From Flectonema sp. DT1601 (taxonomy: Eukaryota): a stretch of 64,000 nucleotides of DNA. A program made the position numbers and the translations under genes. The notes beneath the pieces are model-generated. The model was not told where the DNA came from. It saw nothing but the letters and a program-made list of their open reading frames with translations, and made no database searches. The DNA lies in NCBI GenBank assembly GCA_964019425.1, contig OZ025783.1, forward strand, positions 1,240,001 through 1,304,000. The letters run 5' to 3'. Below, piece after piece: positions 60,163 to 64,000 of this stretch (the stretch's first letter is position 1; each line of letters begins with the position of its first letter).

Positions 60163-61740
60163 TTCTGGACATCTCATGAAATAAATTGATTACCGTTATT
60201 GTATCTCTTGTATGTGTATCATGCCTCTTGTGTACCAGTTTAAAAAAAAAAAAAAGAAAAACGAGATTTTCCCCCCTCTTATTTCGTGATTATCTTTTTT
60301 TTTCGTTCTTGTTGCGAAGTGGACGGCTTTGTTAATTTTGGTACTCTCTAAAGCTATCCGACGTGACGGGTATTCCTAACAGGAAAGCTTATAGGACAAC
60401 ATTTATTTAAGAGTTTTTTTTTTTTTTTTTTCCCGTTTCCTTTCCTTATTGAGCTGTTGTGGAAATATTCACTACTTCCATAAGAGAGTCTATCTTTAAT
60501 TTCGATTTCGTCTTTTTTTTTCTAACAACTATTGTAGGAAACACTTTTCTCAACACCAATACAATATCGGGTGGTCTACTTACATTGTCGTTGGAGTTAA
60601 CCCGATGCTCTTTAGTTTGCTGTAACAGTGATGGACAATATCACTGCAATGTAACAGACGTCCCTATTTATCAATATCTCACACATAAACCTTCTTTAGC
60701 TTTCTCAGTTCAAGTTTGTTCACTGTTTTTGTTCTATTATAACTTTCTGTATAGTTTAGCTTAAAGTCAATTTTTTTATTTTTTTTTTTTATTTTGTGTT
60801 TTCATATTTAAAACCATCACTCTCACATTTGCGGGTTGACTCTGTTTTTTCGTAGTTAACGGACGTTGCAATAGAATTAAGTTGGTCCGACGCAGTTATG
60901 ACCTTAAACTGACTGTCATCTTACCTGATCCTTTTGGTTTTCATTTCTTGCTGAGTGATATGGCTATGTGCTGCCCAATTTTTTTGTGGTACTTTTCTAA
61001 AGCTTTTCGGTAAACCCACATTACAATTATAATGCTTTGGACAACTGGGGTGAACGATCCTCGGTACTGTTCCGGGGTTTTCTATTTTCTTTCGTGGAGT
61101 GTGGGCATATGGCACATGTGGTCGTATTATAAAGAAAGATGTATATGAAAGAAAGAAGATTTTTTTTTTTTTTTCACCTTCCCCCCCACTCCCAGCATGG
61201 GACGCTCAACCTGATAGTACCAGATTCGACAACGTTTTCTGGTCAATAAGACAAAATTATAGTTATCTCTTTATATTTTTTCTTTTTATTTTCTCTTTTT
61301 TCTAAAGGTAATTTTCTTTGATTAACAACTACAAATATTTTTCAGTCAAGTACTTGATATTAATTTTGTTTTTCTTTAATATCTAAAGTTGTTACTGTTT
61401 TTACATTGTCAAAGTTTCACCCCCCACTCCCAGATCATTTCTCTTTTATTTTCTTTAGTTGTTTACAACCTGTTAGCCTCTGGGCAAGGTGGGAGCTGGA
61501 AGTCGATCACTTCCAGCCAAAGCTTAACATTAATGATACTGACTAACTAAGTTTTTATTTTGTTTTATTTTAATTTTAGCCCCGAAACCAACCATTATTT
61601 GTTTGTTGTCCTACGAACTTTTGCATTCGATTGAATTTTCCCCTCTCCCCTTCTTTTGACTGATAACATTAATACTAACTAAGTTGTAGCTGAATTTTGT
61701 TGCAGACTATCTTTATCTTGACCGAATAAATTTCAGCTAT

Positions 61741-62280
61741 TTGCAAGAACTACAACAAACATTCTACGAAGAACATCAAAAAGTAGAACCTGGCAGCAAC
61801 GAGCAAAAACCATCCCCGGATGGTTGGTTCTCTTTAACCGTGCTGGGGGTAGCAAGTAAACAAAAACTCAACAGGGAAATCCACCAATATGTAGATCCCA
61901 GTGCTATGGACTACCCAACAATAGCCGCCGCATTCATTTTAAACAAAGCTGGTGCTAGAATGTCACACTACATAGTGGCCCTTGTCTCCTTTGATTCCAT
62001 TATTGTTGGAGACATTCTCAAAGGAGCAACAGACAGACGATTATCATTCGACCATTTTGACAGACATTTTAAACGCCCGGAATATTGTTTTCACATGATT
62101 TTAAGAAAAACTCTGCAGGATAATAATAATGATAACGACTGTACCATGGCACCCTCGAATGAAGGAATTCTACTCCTCACCAACACTAAGGAAAAGCGCA
62201 AGAAAGACGACTACAGCTCCGATGAAGGAGAACTCGCACTCGTAATAAAACGAACAGATGTAGAAGAGATAGAACGCTGA
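61741..62280 (+). CDS. Unassigned ORF or exon (possibly a gene remnant or mobile-element fragment)
   Basis: 179 open codons after a TTTCAG acceptor-like site; no early ATG; no motif recognised. Confidence 0.4.
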   Translation: MQELQQTFYEEHQKVEPGSNEQKPSPDGWFSLTVLGVASKQKLNREIHQYVDPSAMDYPTIAAAFILNKAGARMSHYIVALVSFDSIIVGDILKGATDRRLSFDHFDRHFKRPEYCFHMILRKTLQDNNNDNDCTMAPSNEGILLLTNTKEKRKKDDYSSDEGELALVIKRTDVEEIER

Positions 62281-62394
62281 TCAAAAGCAAACGTATATGC
62301 TAGGCCGTCCTGGCGAGCTCCGATGGACATTAAGAAATCAGTTCTTTTTGAAATAGACCAATTGATGGATCCGATTTATTAATTAACTGGAATG

Positions 62395-62472
62395 AAATCC
62401 CCAGAACTTACTGATGAAGGCGTAAGAGGGACAAGTAGTATAAGATTAAGGCTCCTGAAACTACGTGTTCCA
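62395..62472 (+). ncRNA. Hammerhead-core-containing repeat (rearranged strand order), third copy
   Basis: TCCCC-AGAAC-TTA-CTGATGA(62411)-AGGCGT..GGGAC-AA-GTAG-TA-TAAG-ATTAAGGCTCCT-GAAA-CTAC-GT-GTTCC. Confidence 0.55.
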
Positions 62473-63027
62473 CGGTGTATTATAGAACAGCAGAACAATG
62501 TGTTTTTATAATTTTTTCTTTTTTATATTTTATTTTAGTTATTCTGTTCATGCTTTGACTCTGTCTCTTTCCCTTCTCCATTTTGTTTATGTTGTCAACG
62601 AATTTTTTTTTTTTGTTTTTTCATTTTATTTTTTAAGTTGCTATTTCAATGATTCTGCAACGTCAAATGATTCAATCATCGTCATCATTATTATTATTAT
62701 TATTTTTTTTTTGTTGTTGTTGTTGTTGTACCGACATAGTCGGAGAAGAATATGCTCAACGATTTATAAGGCTAATCTGAATAGTTTTTTGTGTCTTGTA
62801 TGATAAAGCAATGGAATAACAAGGGATCGATTCTCTCAGTTATTTTTGTTGGTTCTTATTCAACTTTCCTTGACTTGTCTTTCTCCTGGTCTATTAATGA
62901 AATATTGTTCTGTTTCTTATTCGGAGCCTCCGAGAAAGAAAAAAAATCTTTAAAAAAAATAAAAAGAGCAGGTTCCATATTTATTGTGGGAGCGTTCCCT
63001 CCTGGAGTTTCATCAACGTGTTCATTA

Positions 63028-63135
63028 TTTTTTGCATTTAACAAGTATTGTAAGAACGAAAAAGAATGTTGGCAGCACACGTAAACCTCCTTTAGCTTTA
63101 TCAGTTTAAGTCGGTTCACGGTTTCGTGCACAAAC
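63028..63135 (-). repeat. ~105-bp SINE-like dispersed repeat, copy 3
   Basis: Near-identical to 24720-24821. Confidence 0.85.
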
Positions 63136-64000
63136 AAAATATTTTGTACTGTTTCGGTAGTTTAATTACTTTCCCAATTAGAGGAGCATTCTTGTGTTGT
63201 ACAACAACAACAGCATATGTTTTTTATTATTCTTATTTACAATTTATAATTGTGCCTTTTTTCTGATTTTATATCTACGATTTTTTATACGAATGTATTA
63301 ATTTCGAAACCAAAAGGATCACATATTTTTAGTTATAAGACAAGTTTTTCTGAATTCAACCCCCCAGACAACACAAATGGGATTTTTTATCGATACCAAT
63401 TGTTGATTTCTTATATTGCAACCAGGTTTGGCCGAACCTTATTCTCGTTTTAGCCAGTTTCAAGTTGCTTTCCATTTAATATTAGTATCAAGTTACCCCC
63501 AACTCAAACCTCCTTATTTTGTTTTGTTTTATTCGTATTCGTCCTCTTTTTATCTGTCAGAGGAGTGCCTTTACTGTCCCAGTCTTAACAAGATCGGGTG
63601 GTCTACTTACATTGCTGTTGGAGTTGCTGTATCAGTGATGGACAATATGTAGTGTAATAGACTTCTTTTATTTATCCATCTATCTTTCTTTGGATCATGT
63701 CTTTATTTGAATGGTCTGATTTCACTACTCATATTGATGAGTAGAACAGACTTGTGTCTTCCTTGCTATCTTCGCTGAAGAAGCGCTGAGTAAGGGAATG
63801 GTCCGAAGAAAAGATTTTTTTCGAAACAAAAACCATTATTTGTTTGTTGTTCCTGTGATTCATTTTTTTTTTTTTTTTTTTTGATTGATTAATAATAATA
63901 CGATGCATCGTTCTGAATCTATTTTTTCAAAGATTTAAAAAAAATAAGGACAATGTGAATCCAGTACCAACACCGGCACCAACACCAGCACCGACTCCGG

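Noticed and set aside
63955..64000. Pro-Thr-Pro-Ala repeat, possibly the start of a coding region
   Set aside because: Only ~15 codons at the window edge.

Overview
AT-rich eukaryotic nuclear DNA, most likely from a euglenozoan such as a diplonemid. This is an inference from three things: the beta-tubulin has trypanosomatid-like motifs and a C-terminal Tyr, RPA1 lacks the 70N domain, and all host genes lie on one strand yet carry short GT-AG introns. Bases 1-16 kb are a nest of mobile elements. It holds an apparently intact RT + REL non-LTR retrotransposon ORF (HERO-like, minus strand, missed by the ORF track because it runs off the window edge) with an unusual long C-terminal extension. It also holds a 5.2 kb foldback built from ~140-bp triple-hairpin repeats whose terminus recurs five times, an 87-bp frame-preserving repeat, a CRE-clade RT fragment and a hAT-like end. 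Bases 16-62 kb are a plus-strand gene cluster: flavin amine oxidase, ankyrin protein, SLC17 transporter, F-box/YccV protein, coiled-coil protein, CFAP410, V-ATPase F, NifS/SCLY-type enzyme, RPA1, BRO1/ALIX with a hAT remnant in intron 1, a lipoxygenase lacking most iron ligands, a multi-TM protein, a repeat protein, beta-tubulin and a two-domain secreted protein. Intergenic DNA carries several dispersed repeat families. One contains all hammerhead-ribozyme core strands in an order that is not a circular permutation of the canonical fold. All calls come from manual reading and translation; no searches or folding programs were run.
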